Source: Phycisphaerae bacterium
GTDB lineage: Bacteria > Planctomycetota > Phycisphaerae > WQYP01
Reading direction: 5' to 3'
Length of the DNA: 64,000 nucleotides
Assembly: GCA_035504095.1 (NCBI GenBank)
Contig: DATJSN010000001.1
Span: 54,519-118,518, forward strand
The notes under the pieces are model-generated. The model worked only from the letters and a program-made list of their open reading frames with translations, ran no database searches and was not told where the DNA came from. Position numbers and translations under genes: made by a program. Of the stretch, positions 1-9,714 are shown piece by piece; positions within the stretch are counted from its first letter, which is position 1, and every line of letters begins with the position of its first letter.

Positions 1-1611
1 GAGTTCACTTTAAATATAACGTTTCCACAATCCGGTCCGGAATCTTACCTCCTGCAAACTCAAAAAACGGGGCAAACCACCGGTTCCAATCAGGTCTTAC
101 GCGTTCTGGTTGAAAGCACCTCTGAAGCCAAACGTACATGGTTCATGCCGATTCAAGGCCAGCCATCGATTGTTTGCGGTCCGGATTATGTTTCGCAGAG
201 CGCCTCGGACAACGGCATGATTACGTTGCAAACCGAACGGCCCATTGACGCCGAAAATTCCCAACCCACACTGGCCTATGGCGCGTATAACCCACAACAG
301 AATAGCGATATTCCCATGCATTTCTCGCCGGTTGCGGGCGCACAGGATCCATCGTCGGCGGATTTAACTCCGCCGCAACTTGGACCGTGGCGAGTTTTGC
401 GCGCCGATGGTCCGGCAAGCCCTGATTATGACGATTCAAAGTGGCTGTCCACAGCACAGCCTCTGGCGATGGGTGCGGACGATTACGACGGCGCTTATGA
501 ATGGTATCGCACAACGGTTAATGTCAGTCGGGCCGGTGATTATGTTTTTCAGGCGCCGAATGTACAGGATTCCGGCATTTTGTTCGTTAACGGCGTTAAA
601 GTTGATACCGATGATCTTTCGCGTCCTACTGTTACCCTGCAGCAGGGAAAGAATACCATTGCAATTCTTACGATCAGTGATGGACGCAACAAACTTTACA
701 GGTTTACTGGTCTGTTCAATAACGTGGATGCCAAAGGGCTTTTGCCGCCGGTATCGTTGTTGACCACCCAGGGCGCTACCGTGCAGGTAAACGGGTTGAA
801 ATTGCGCCAATTTAATGGTTCGCAGGACCAACTCATTGCACAAATCCTTGCCGATCAGCCCGGCGACGGCTGGACTCCGCTGGATCAGCAAACATCGCCC
901 ACCACCGCACAAAATGGATATGAATGGTTGCATGCCACCCTGCCGCACTTTCCGCCGGGTCGGATGCAAATTTCCATTGCCAATCCGCCGCCTGGGACTA
1001 TCGCCTTTTTCAACTCTCGCCAGATACTCTTACACAGCGTTGGGCAAAATCTCGTTGCGCGTATTGAGTTTTCTGCGGCATCAAACGCGGACAATTACCT
1101 TGACATTGTCGTGCCGAATCCCGTTGCAATCGACAAAAACTTCGGACCAATTTCGATTGCCTCCACGACTTTGGCGCCGGCACTGCCCGGTAATGGAAGC
1201 ATTACCCACTGGCGCATGCATGGCGGACTGGACGTTTCACCCGATGCCACGACAGGCTGGACGGACTATACCCAGGAAGTCGATGTTCCGTGTTATTACG
1301 CGACAACTTTTACCTGGCAAAAGAACGCCGACGGCGTTGATCCGGTTTTTCGTTTGGCGTGGGGAAACTTGTCCGGCGGATATGTCTGGCTTAACGGTCA
1401 TAACCTGGGCCGCTATCCTGATTCTGTTATGCAGATGGGTATTTATCTGCCGTCATGCTGGATCAATGAGGGCGCTAATTCCCTGGTTGTTCTGGATGAA
1501 ACCGGTCAGTCGCTTGACGGCGTTCACCTGGTGACCGAACGCGTGGCAAGCCGGCAGGAAATTGTGTTGCAGGCCCAGCCAAATGCGTCGGGCGGCAGTA
1601 TGCCCAATTAA
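1..1611 (+). CDS. Glycoside hydrolase C-terminal region with beta-galactosidase-like jelly-roll domains. The gene is 5'-truncated by the window edge, because the frame is open from nt 1.
   Basis: Frame 1 has no stop between nt 1 and 1611. Two segments resemble GH2/GH35 beta-sandwich sugar-binding domains: 'YEWYRTTVNVSRAGDYVFQAPNVQDSGILFVNGVKV' and 'YYATTFTWQK...GGYVWLNGHNLGRY'. Confidence 0.5.
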   Translation, partial: EFTLNITFPQSGPESYLLQTQKTGQTTGSNQVLRVLVESTSEAKRTWFMPIQGQPSIVCGPDYVSQSASDNGMITLQTERPIDAENSQPTLAYGAYNPQQNSDIPMHFSPVAGAQDPSSADLTPPQLGPWRVLRADGPASPDYDDSKWLSTAQPLAMGADDYDGAYEWYRTTVNVSRAGDYVFQAPNVQDSGILFVNGVKVDTDDLSRPTVTLQQGKNTIAILTISDGRNKLYRFTGLFNNVDAKGLLPPVSLLTTQGATVQVNGLKLRQFNGSQDQLIAQILADQPGDGWTPLDQQTSPTTAQNGYEWLHATLPHFPPGRMQISIANPPPGTIAFFNSRQILLHSVGQNLVARIEFSAASNADNYLDIVVPNPVAIDKNFGPISIASTTLAPALPGNGSITHWRMHGGLDVSPDATTGWTDYTQEVDVPCYYATTFTWQKNADGVDPVFRLAWGNLSGGYVWLNGHNLGRYPDSVMQMGIYLPSCWINEGANSLVVLDETGQSLDGVHLVTERVASRQEIVLQAQPNASGGSMPN

Positions 1612-1622
1612 TTGGCCCAAAG

Positions 1623-2327
1623 TTAATTTGTCGTTGGCATAATAGATTTGGCGATCGCCCGTGCCATATATGCTTCGCCACTCGTATTGGGATGAATGCC
1701 ATCGGCATTGTAATACTTCGCGTCTTTAGGCAACTGGCCTTGAATATCGATCACGGAAATATGACATTCAGCGGCGATCTGCTGAATGTCAGGGATGATT
1801 CCTTTAATGATATTGTCTTCGCTGATGGAAAATCGATCAGTCAGTGCTGGTGGGGGCGTACAGATGAAAATTGTTGGATGTGACGGCAGGTTCGTAAAAT
1901 GGTCGATCATGGCCTTGGCATCATCAGAGAATTCATCTGAATGCTTAGACCAGTTGTATGTTTTGCTGTCGTTGGTCCCCAGCATGATAATCACAATATC
2001 TGGATTGAAGGCGGTCGCTTTTGTAAATTCCTTCGTCGTCCAATAGGGTAGATTGCCCTTTTTTAACATCGTTGCACCACTGTGGCCGAAATTTTCCACA
2101 TCATAGCCCGGCCCCAAAAGCGATTGTAGAACCGCCGGCCAGGATTTGTGTAGCCGATCGGGAATAATCCCAAAGGTAATACTATCTCCTACACAGGCCA
2201 CTTTAATGACGGCAGGTTTGCTTTGCGCCATGCTGAAAGTTACTCCAATCAGCAGAGCGGCAGCGAGAACCATTTTTTGAAAAATATTTATGGGATATCG
2301 AATAAAACGCGGCATAATGAGCCCCAA
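1623..2327 (-). CDS. SGNH/GDSL-family hydrolase (esterase/lipase), secreted
   Basis: N-terminal signal peptide. Block I 'GDSITFG', block III 'GTND' and block V 'DGIHP' are all present. Confidence 0.8.
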   Translation of the reverse strand: MGLIMPRFIRYPINIFQKMVLAAALLIGVTFSMAQSKPAVIKVACVGDSITFGIIPDRLHKSWPAVLQSLLGPGYDVENFGHSGATMLKKGNLPYWTTKEFTKATAFNPDIVIIMLGTNDSKTYNWSKHSDEFSDDAKAMIDHFTNLPSHPTIFICTPPPALTDRFSISEDNIIKGIIPDIQQIAAECHISVIDIQGQLPKDAKYYNADGIHPNTSGEAYMARAIAKSIMPTTN

Positions 2328-2418
2328 TAATCTTGAGATAACTCCAGCAAAGTTAAAAACAATCAGGCTTCTTATGGACCCAATGTCAGCAGCCGATTAT
2401 GCTTTAAACGATAGTTGA

Positions 2419-4035
2419 ATGAATTTCATGCATAAATTTCGTCCATCTGAGCCGCGGTTCCGGCGACAGCCGCTTTATTGCGGCATTTGTTTTATTATCC
2501 TTTTATTTATTTCGCAGAATTTGCAGGCCCAGGGTTTGTTGCCGCCCGCCGTGGCTGTCGCGCCGATTCAAAAAGTCGCCCACCAACGGGCCGCGATTAT
2601 TTCCATACTCGGGGCGATTGATCAAATCACATTCAATAGCGTCCAGCGTCGCATCAATGATGCGCGCAAACTCGGCGACGATATTATCATTTTTCAGATC
2701 GACAGCCGCGGCGGTCTGCTTGGCTCAGCGCTGCAAATCAGTCAATTAATTCGAAGTCTCAGCGTACCTACTGTCGCTTACATAGATAATTCCGCCATCG
2801 GTCCGGCACTGATCATCGCGGCTTCGTGTCGGCAGATCGTGATGACCTCCTCCGCTGCGATAGGCGACGGCGAGCAATTTCAACTGACAGGAGATCCTGC
2901 TAATCAGGCCGTCCAGAATCCGAATGCCAGGAGCCAGTCGCCGGTTCTGAGCGATCTACAGGCGTCCGCGGCGGCCAATGGTTATCCGCTCCTGATCCTG
3001 CTGGGAATGGTTGACCGTCAGGTGGTCATCGATCAGTTTCAGAATAATCTCACCGGTCGCACGCTGTACGTTGGGCAGGTGGATGCCCAAAATTTATTGA
3101 AATTTCAGCAGGTCGTTCCCGGTCAACCGCCGGTGCACCCGTGGGTTTTTGTCAGCCGAATGAAAAGTGCTGATACATTGCTTACCATTGGAACATCGCA
3201 GGCGCTCAACGTGCATTTATGCCAGGCCCGCGCGGACTCAGTGGAACAATTACCTGCGCTGTTGAATATCGTCGGCCCTCAAGTGGACGTATTGGATGAA
3301 AATGCTCTGGAAATAACAGCGCGATGGCTTTCCGGCCCGGATATTCGTTTCCTTCTTCTGGTTTTGATGATTGTATTTGTCTATATGGAATTAAGCCATC
3401 CGGGGACAATGTTTTTTGGAGGGTTGGCGCTCCTGGCCCTTTTTTTACTCCTGTGCGGGCCGCTGCTTGCCGGTGTGGCTCAATGGTGGGAAATCCTGCC
3501 GATTGCCCTGGGCATCCTGTTGATCATTTTCGATATGGTGCATTTCGGTGGACTGGGGCTGCTGGCCGTTCCCGGCGTGCTGTTAATTCTCCTGGGTCTT
3601 TTGGCGAGTTTCCTTCCGTTTGGGGAATTACCTTCCGATGCCACCGCGTTTTTTTCGGCGTTTCAAACCGGTCTTACGGTGGTCATCCTGGGTATTTTAA
3701 CCGGTTCCGTGATCATTGCCTTGCTGATGCGCTATCTGCGTATTACCCCCGGATTCAACCGCTTGATGCTCCCACCGGCTACGGAGCCCCTGCCGGCCCA
3801 ATCGCCTTCAATTCAGGAAGTATTTATTGGCGCTGTCGGACGTGCTCTGACTGATCTGCGGCCCGCCGGCAAAGTTCAATTTGATGATTACCTGGCGGAT
3901 GCGGTTTCTGATTCCGGTTTTGTGTCCGCTGGTTCGACAGTGCAGGTTTTTCAAATCACTGAGGGCCAGATTATTGTACGGCCGCTTCCCGATGAGCAAA
4001 ATACCGGAAAAGTTTCCGGAACCGTAGTACAATAA
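2419..4035 (+). CDS. NfeD-like membrane-bound ClpP-class serine protease (long form)
   Basis: Signal/TM segment, then a ClpP/crotonase-like segment ('IDSRGGLL...AYIDNSAIGPALIIAASC'). Several TM helices follow, then a C-terminal OB-fold-like soluble domain. Confidence 0.65.
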   Translation: MNFMHKFRPSEPRFRRQPLYCGICFIILLFISQNLQAQGLLPPAVAVAPIQKVAHQRAAIISILGAIDQITFNSVQRRINDARKLGDDIIIFQIDSRGGLLGSALQISQLIRSLSVPTVAYIDNSAIGPALIIAASCRQIVMTSSAAIGDGEQFQLTGDPANQAVQNPNARSQSPVLSDLQASAAANGYPLLILLGMVDRQVVIDQFQNNLTGRTLYVGQVDAQNLLKFQQVVPGQPPVHPWVFVSRMKSADTLLTIGTSQALNVHLCQARADSVEQLPALLNIVGPQVDVLDENALEITARWLSGPDIRFLLLVLMIVFVYMELSHPGTMFFGGLALLALFLLLCGPLLAGVAQWWEILPIALGILLIIFDMVHFGGLGLLAVPGVLLILLGLLASFLPFGELPSDATAFFSAFQTGLTVVILGILTGSVIIALLMRYLRITPGFNRLMLPPATEPLPAQSPSIQEVFIGAVGRALTDLRPAGKVQFDDYLADAVSDSGFVSAGSTVQVFQITEGQIIVRPLPDEQNTGKVSGTVVQ

Positions 4036-4040
4036 GTTTT

Positions 4041-4571
4041 ATGCACTGGGATCTGGTCTTTACCGTTATTTTGCTTTTTTTGGCCGCCGCGGCGAGTCTT
4101 TTTGCGGAGTTGTTTGTTCCAGCCCATGGCCTGCTGGCGTTGATTTGCGCTGCTTTGACCATTGCCGGTGTAGCGGTCTGTTTTTTTATTTCCCAAATAG
4201 TGGGGATATTCTGTGCGATCGCAACGGTGATCTGTCTGCCCGTTGTGTTTTATCTGGCCATAAAATTTTATCCCTTGACCCCGGTGGGGCGTCGCGTGGT
4301 TCTCGGCCGACCTGATCCTGAATCGACAAAAGGTTTTGCTTCTCAGCAATCACAACTTGCGGCGATGGTTGGCCAGGAAGGCGTCGCGGCAACCGTTCTT
4401 CGTCCCGTTGGCACTTGTGTTTTCGGATCGCAGCGTATTGCCTGTGTCAGCGAAAGCCTGGTGATTGCCGCCGGCACTCCTGTTCGCGCAATGAGCGTTT
4501 CCGGTGGTCAACTCATTGTTCGTCCTTTGACGCCTGCAACGGCGGCGCGTCCCGCGGACTCAAAGGTTTGA
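4041..4571 (+). CDS. NfeD short-form homolog (membrane anchor plus C-terminal OB-fold beta-barrel)
   Basis: Three to four TM helices, then a soluble C-terminal domain ('VGQEGVAATVLRPVGTCVFGSQRIACVSESLVIAAGTPV'). It lies tandem to the long NfeD. Confidence 0.5.
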   Translation: MHWDLVFTVILLFLAAAASLFAELFVPAHGLLALICAALTIAGVAVCFFISQIVGIFCAIATVICLPVVFYLAIKFYPLTPVGRRVVLGRPDPESTKGFASQQSQLAAMVGQEGVAATVLRPVGTCVFGSQRIACVSESLVIAAGTPVRAMSVSGGQLIVRPLTPATAARPADSKV

Positions 4572-5515
4572 TGATGTTTGGATCACATCTTTCCATCGCC
4601 GGCGGACTTTATCGCGCCATAGTTGAAGCTGACTTACTGGGCTTCCAAACTGTTCAGATTTTTACGCGAAATCAGCAGCAATGGCGTGCGCCGCCGCTGA
4701 CAGCGGACGCTATCGACCGCTTCCGAGCCGCTATGGCTGCCGCCGGTTTCAAGTTTGCCGTCGCTCACGATTCTTATCTGACGAATCTCGCCGCGTCTGA
4801 CGAACAATTGCGGCTCAAAAGTATCAACGCTTTTTCCAATGAACTCCTCCGATGCGATCAACTCGGCGTGAGTTTTCTGGTAACCCATTCCGGTGCTCAT
4901 GGTGGCGCTGGTGAAAGCGTCGGCATACGCCGTATTGTGGACGCACTCAACATAGTCATTGAACAAAATAGTTCCGGCGCCGCCGTTATTTGTCTGGAGA
5001 CCACTGCGGGGCAGGGTACGTCCATCGGTTGGCGATTTGAGCATTTGCGCGACATTATCGCTGGAATAAAGCGTACTGATCGAATAGCCGTATGCGTTGA
5101 TACCTGTCATATTCTTGCCGCTGGTTACAACATTACTACCGCTGATGGAGTCGCGTCCGTTTTTGAAGAATTCGATCGTCTCGTTGGTTTTAATCGGATT
5201 AAGGTGATACACATGAATGACAGCCGCAAACCTTTGGGCAGCAGGGTGGACCGTCATGCCCACATAGGCTTTGGTTACGCAGGACTACCTATCTTCTCTT
5301 ATATTTGTCGCGAGCCTCGGCTGGTGAACGTACCCAAGATACTTGAAACACCTAAAGAATTCGCACCCGATGGCCGCGCTTGGGATAACATTAATTTAAA
5401 ATTGCTTCAAGCGCTGGCGGCCGGAAAAAATGTATGCATTAAACCAATTAAATCGAAGATGAAAGTTGCAGAAAAACATCGAATTCATCCGATGAAAAAG
5501 AAAGTCAGATTCTAA
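4571..5515 (+). CDS. nfo: Endonuclease IV (AP endonuclease family 2)
   Basis: 'MMFGSHLSIAGG...VQIFTRNQQQW...FLVTHSGAHGG'. The ATG overlaps the upstream stop (TGATG). The track ORF at 4415 is an upstream read-through, not the true start. Confidence 0.85.
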   Translation: MMFGSHLSIAGGLYRAIVEADLLGFQTVQIFTRNQQQWRAPPLTADAIDRFRAAMAAAGFKFAVAHDSYLTNLAASDEQLRLKSINAFSNELLRCDQLGVSFLVTHSGAHGGAGESVGIRRIVDALNIVIEQNSSGAAVICLETTAGQGTSIGWRFEHLRDIIAGIKRTDRIAVCVDTCHILAAGYNITTADGVASVFEEFDRLVGFNRIKVIHMNDSRKPLGSRVDRHAHIGFGYAGLPIFSYICREPRLVNVPKILETPKEFAPDGRAWDNINLKLLQALAAGKNVCIKPIKSKMKVAEKHRIHPMKKKVRF

Positions 5516-5553
5516 GGCCTCTTACATCAGTCGTAATCTTCAGGAGGCTTGTT

Positions 5554-7176
5554 ATGACATGGATTGCCGCCGCCGTCTTCATCAACGATGACGTTCCCGC
5601 CATGCTCAATTTGATTCAGGAATGTGCCGTCCAGGGTGCGGACATGATCGAACTGCGCTGTGATACCTGCTCCAAGCAGGCAATGGAGACTGTGCTGCGC
5701 GATCCGGCGGTGCGCCAGTTGCGCTTGCTGGTGACAATTCGTCCACCGTGGGAAGGAGGGCGCTTTGCCGGATCGGAATCTGATCGTCTGGAATTAATGG
5801 TCGCAGCCTGCCGTTTGAAGCCGGATTTTGTTGATATTGAGCTTGAGGCATGGAAAAACAATCCAAAATTTCCACAGAGGCTATTGCCTTTGTTGGCTCG
5901 TCCTTCACTTGAGGACGCGTCTGCTGGTGCAAAACGTCTGCCTGGTCCGCAGTTGGTCATTTCCAGCCATGATTTTTCTGGTCGGCCTCCGGACCTGGAT
6001 GGTCGATTCGCCGCGCTTGCTTCTGTTCAAGAGGCGGCGGTTCTTAAATTGTCTTATAAAGCCAACAATTCGCTCGATGCTCTTGAAGCATTGGCGCTTT
6101 ATCCTAAATTAACCGAAAAATATCGACGGCCTCTGGTGGTTATTGCGATGGGTGAAGATGGACAGATATCGCGTTTCCTGTCCGCTAAATTTGGTGCGGC
6201 GTTCACCTTTGCCACTCCCAATCATTCCGCCGGTACAGCACCCGGGCAACCAAGAATCGGCGACCTTGTCAATGTTTATCGTTTCCGTCAGCAAGCGCTG
6301 CACTGGGGGGTATATGGTGTGATTGGCTGGCCCGTGGCGCATTCGATTAGTCCCATTATTCACAATGCCGCTTTCACCCACATCGGTTTCGACGCTGTTT
6401 ACGTACCAATGCTGGTCGCGCCGGGATATGACAATTTCGCGGCTTTCATTGACGCCGCACGGAAATGTCCGCAGTTGAATTTACAGGGATTAAGCATCAC
6501 GATTCCTCATAAGGAAAATGCGCTCGAATATGTTCGTCGTAATGGAGGAGAAATTGATCCGACCAGCAAAGCCATAGGCGTTGTCAATACAATCTTTCTG
6601 AATACCAATCCTATTCAGGGAATTAATTCCGACTGGACGGGGGCGATCAAGGCCATGGAAATTGTCGGGGGAATTGGGAAAAAAGAGTTTAAACAGCGCG
6701 CCGCTGCAGTTATCGGCGCCGGCGGCGCCGCCCGTTCTATTGTCGCCGGGCTGGCATCCCTGGACGCTAATGTCACCGTATTTAACCGTACACTGGACCG
6801 TGCTAAAACACTGGCTCAACAATTCAACGGCAAAACGGGCCGAGTCCAGGCGGCGCCATTTGAGCAGATCGGTAGAGAAAAATTCGACCTGTTGATTAAT
6901 TGTACTTCTGTGGGTATGTATCCCGATTCCAGCGGTTTGCCGATTCCGGAAACGTTAAATTTTGCCCCGGGTCAGATTGTTTTTGACACGGTTTATAATC
7001 CGCGCCAGACGCGTTTGCTCAAATTGGCACAGAGCCGCGGTGCAATCGCTGTCCCAGGTCTGGAAATGCTGCTGCATCAGGCTGAAGTTCAATTTTCCGG
7101 TTTTGCCAAAACCAAAGCGCCAATGGAAATTATGCATGCTGCTGCCGAGTCCGCGCTGGCCGCGATGGGGCAATAA
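5554..7176 (+). CDS. aroDE: Bifunctional 3-dehydroquinate dehydratase (type I) / shikimate 5-dehydrogenase
   Basis: The N-terminal half matches type I DHQase ('GADMIELRCD', 'VVIAMGEDGQISR'). The C-terminal half matches AroE ('GVIGWPVAHSISPIIHNAAF', 'VIGAGGAARSIV', 'LINCTSVGM'). AGGAGG sits upstream of the ATG. Confidence 0.85.
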   Translation: MTWIAAAVFINDDVPAMLNLIQECAVQGADMIELRCDTCSKQAMETVLRDPAVRQLRLLVTIRPPWEGGRFAGSESDRLELMVAACRLKPDFVDIELEAWKNNPKFPQRLLPLLARPSLEDASAGAKRLPGPQLVISSHDFSGRPPDLDGRFAALASVQEAAVLKLSYKANNSLDALEALALYPKLTEKYRRPLVVIAMGEDGQISRFLSAKFGAAFTFATPNHSAGTAPGQPRIGDLVNVYRFRQQALHWGVYGVIGWPVAHSISPIIHNAAFTHIGFDAVYVPMLVAPGYDNFAAFIDAARKCPQLNLQGLSITIPHKENALEYVRRNGGEIDPTSKAIGVVNTIFLNTNPIQGINSDWTGAIKAMEIVGGIGKKEFKQRAAAVIGAGGAARSIVAGLASLDANVTVFNRTLDRAKTLAQQFNGKTGRVQAAPFEQIGREKFDLLINCTSVGMYPDSSGLPIPETLNFAPGQIVFDTVYNPRQTRLLKLAQSRGAIAVPGLEMLLHQAEVQFSGFAKTKAPMEIMHAAAESALAAMGQ

Positions 7177-7204
7177 ATTCAACATTACAAAATAAAGCGG
7201 GAAT

Positions 7205-7920
7205 CTAGAGTTTAAAAAATTCAGTCATTACCGTGTTAATGGCGTTTTGAGTATCTTCTCGCGTGCCGGCGGCACTGACCAGGCGATATTTTTCCGGGTA
7301 TTTTTTTACCTGCTCCAAAAATCCTTCGCGGACCCGGCGATGAAAGTCCGCAACCCGCGTTTCAATGCGATCATGAAAGAGTCCCGGCTGGGCTCCATGT
7401 CCGCGTTTGGCCGTGGACTGCATGCGGGTCATAGCCAGTTCCACGGGTATATCCATAATAATGGTTAAATCGGGCCAAAGGCCTTCGGTTGCCGCCTCGG
7501 CCACCTGGGTGATCTCTTTGGGTTCCAACCCGCCGGCTGCCCCCTGATAGGCCAGGGTGCTGCTGGTAAATCGATCTGAAAGAACCGTTTGTTTATTTTG
7601 AAGAGCTGGTTTTATTTCTTCAGAGACCAGTTGGGCTCGACTGGCCATGTATAGGAGCATCTCGGTTCGAATGCTCATACCGTCGCCTTTGGACGTAAGC
7701 AAAATTTCGCGTATTTGCTCTCCGATGGAGGTACCGCCTGGATCCCGTACCCTTCGAACGGTAATTCCGTTTTTCGTCAATATTTCTTCCAGGAAGTCCA
7801 GTTGGGTGGTCTTACCACAACCGTCCAGACCATCAAAAACAATGAATTTCCCGGCTAATACCCCTAATTTTTTGGTTTTTCCCGCTGTTTGAGCTTTTCC
7901 ATCTTTAGTCATCTTCATCC
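7205..7920 (-). CDS. tmk: Thymidylate kinase
   Basis: P-loop 'FIVFDGLDGCGKTTQ', DRF/'SDRF' motif and lid region. Start placed at 'MKMTKDG'; the longer track ORF is an upstream extension. Confidence 0.85.
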
Positions 7921-8153
7921 CTGTTTTGTACGCCCATGTTACCATCAGGTCAACGCATATTTTATCGCTCTCCAATTTCCATGCGTTTTTGACCGATAGT
8001 GTAGTTATGAATTCCGGGCTATTACCTTGTACTTTGCACCCTGTTACCTGTTTTCTTAATAATATGCAACCACGGTTAAAACATTGCGTTATTACCATTA
8101 ACCAATGGAGGATCTGACACACCGAGTTCGAGAAATGGATGCCTTAAATTCAC

Positions 8154-9686
8154 GTGTTGATGGGTGAGGACATGCAGCCAAATCAATATCTTCAAACCGC
8201 CTGGTACGATCCGTCCTTTAAGTGGGATTGGCGCACCGCCAGCCATCTGATGAATCGTGCAGGTTTCAGCGGCACGGCCCAGGAAATCGACCAGCTTGTG
8301 GCTCTTGGGCCGCTGGATGCAATACAGCATCTGATTTATTACCAGAGCATTCCCGACTCGTCCCCCTACATGCAGTTTGGCGCTATCTCCGACATCGATA
8401 TAGGTGACTTTCGCCAGATTCGTTTCTTCAGAGATCTTACGCCCGATGAACGCCGGGAATTCCTGCTTTTAAAACTGGCCGCCGGAGCCGGCAAAATGGA
8501 CGACATGCGTTGCTGGTGGCTCAATCGCATGGTGCAGACCAAACGTCCGTTGGAAGAAAAAATGACGCTCCTCTGGCACGGCCTGTTTGTCAGTGCTTTC
8601 ATGGACGTGCAAAACGCCTATCACATGTATTTACAAAATGAATTGTTCCGCCGGTTTGCCGTTGGAAACGTTCAGGATTTAACTCTTCAGGTCAGCAAAG
8701 ACCCGGCCATGCTCCGTTATCTGAACAATAATCAGAATGTGCGCGGCCACCCCAATGAAAACTACGCCCGTGAATTGATGGAATTATTTACCATGGGCAT
8801 CGGAAATTACACCGAAGACGACGTGCGAGAATCTGCCCGGGCATGGACCGGCTGGACCTTTGTCGGCGACAACTTTGTCTTCAACGATTTTCAGCACGAT
8901 TATGGTGAAAAAACGTTTTTGGGCCAGACGGGTAATTTCAACGGTCAGGACATCGTGGAGATCATCTTCCAGCAGCCTGCAACGCCCAGGCATTTTGCCC
9001 TCAAACTTTTGCAATTCTTCGGTTCCGATGAGCCTGCACCGCCCGAGCTTGTTTTGGCGCTGGGGCAAACCTTCCAGGACGAGAACTGGGAAATGGCGCC
9101 GGTTTTGCAAAAGCTTTTTTCCAGCACCTGGTTTTATTCTGAACCGGTCATGCGCAGCAAAGTCAAAACGCCTGCCGAACTCGTCGTCGGATCGCTGCGG
9201 AAACTCAATGGCTCATCGCCCAATCCGCAGGCTTTGCTCTTTAGCATGCAAATGATGGGACAGGAACTTTTCGAAGCGCCAAACGTCGGCGGCTGGCCCG
9301 TAGGTAAAAACTGGATCAATACCAGCACGCTCTTTGCCCGTTATGATATGCCCGCATTTTTGGTTACCGGCCGACGACCGATTATTCCCGGTTCGGCATG
9401 GAACGATAACTCTCCCGCGTTACAGGAATTCAATACCCAATACAGCCCGGAACTCCAGCTCGCCCAGGCCGGAGCCTCCACCACAAATAGCGCCGTCGAT
9501 TGGTATATCCGGCAGCTCATACAGGATTCCGTCGATCCTGCCAAACGTTCGGCGTTGATCAGCTATTTGAATAATTCCGATTCTACCGAGGATATGCCGC
9601 TCAATCTGACAGACCAATCGCTTCATGCCCGGCTTCTCGGGCTGGTTCAGTTGATCATGGCCATGCCGGAGTACCAGTTATGCTGA
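8154..9686 (+). CDS. DUF1800-family protein
   Basis: About 500 aa with the typical DUF1800 architecture. It sits immediately upstream of a DUF1501 gene, the pairing seen widely in Planctomycetes. Confidence 0.65.
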   Translation: MLMGEDMQPNQYLQTAWYDPSFKWDWRTASHLMNRAGFSGTAQEIDQLVALGPLDAIQHLIYYQSIPDSSPYMQFGAISDIDIGDFRQIRFFRDLTPDERREFLLLKLAAGAGKMDDMRCWWLNRMVQTKRPLEEKMTLLWHGLFVSAFMDVQNAYHMYLQNELFRRFAVGNVQDLTLQVSKDPAMLRYLNNNQNVRGHPNENYARELMELFTMGIGNYTEDDVRESARAWTGWTFVGDNFVFNDFQHDYGEKTFLGQTGNFNGQDIVEIIFQQPATPRHFALKLLQFFGSDEPAPPELVLALGQTFQDENWEMAPVLQKLFSSTWFYSEPVMRSKVKTPAELVVGSLRKLNGSSPNPQALLFSMQMMGQELFEAPNVGGWPVGKNWINTSTLFARYDMPAFLVTGRRPIIPGSAWNDNSPALQEFNTQYSPELQLAQAGASTTNSAVDWYIRQLIQDSVDPAKRSALISYLNNSDSTEDMPLNLTDQSLHARLLGLVQLIMAMPEYQLC

Positions 9687-9714
9687 TGAACTTTTTTTTC
9701 TCTGAGGTGCTCTG

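Noticed and set aside
4415-4570. N-terminal extension of the nfo ORF in the track (start at 4415)
   Set aside because: The extension overlaps the NfeD-short gene out of frame. The conserved Nfo N-terminus begins at the ATG at 4571, which overlaps the upstream stop as TGATG.
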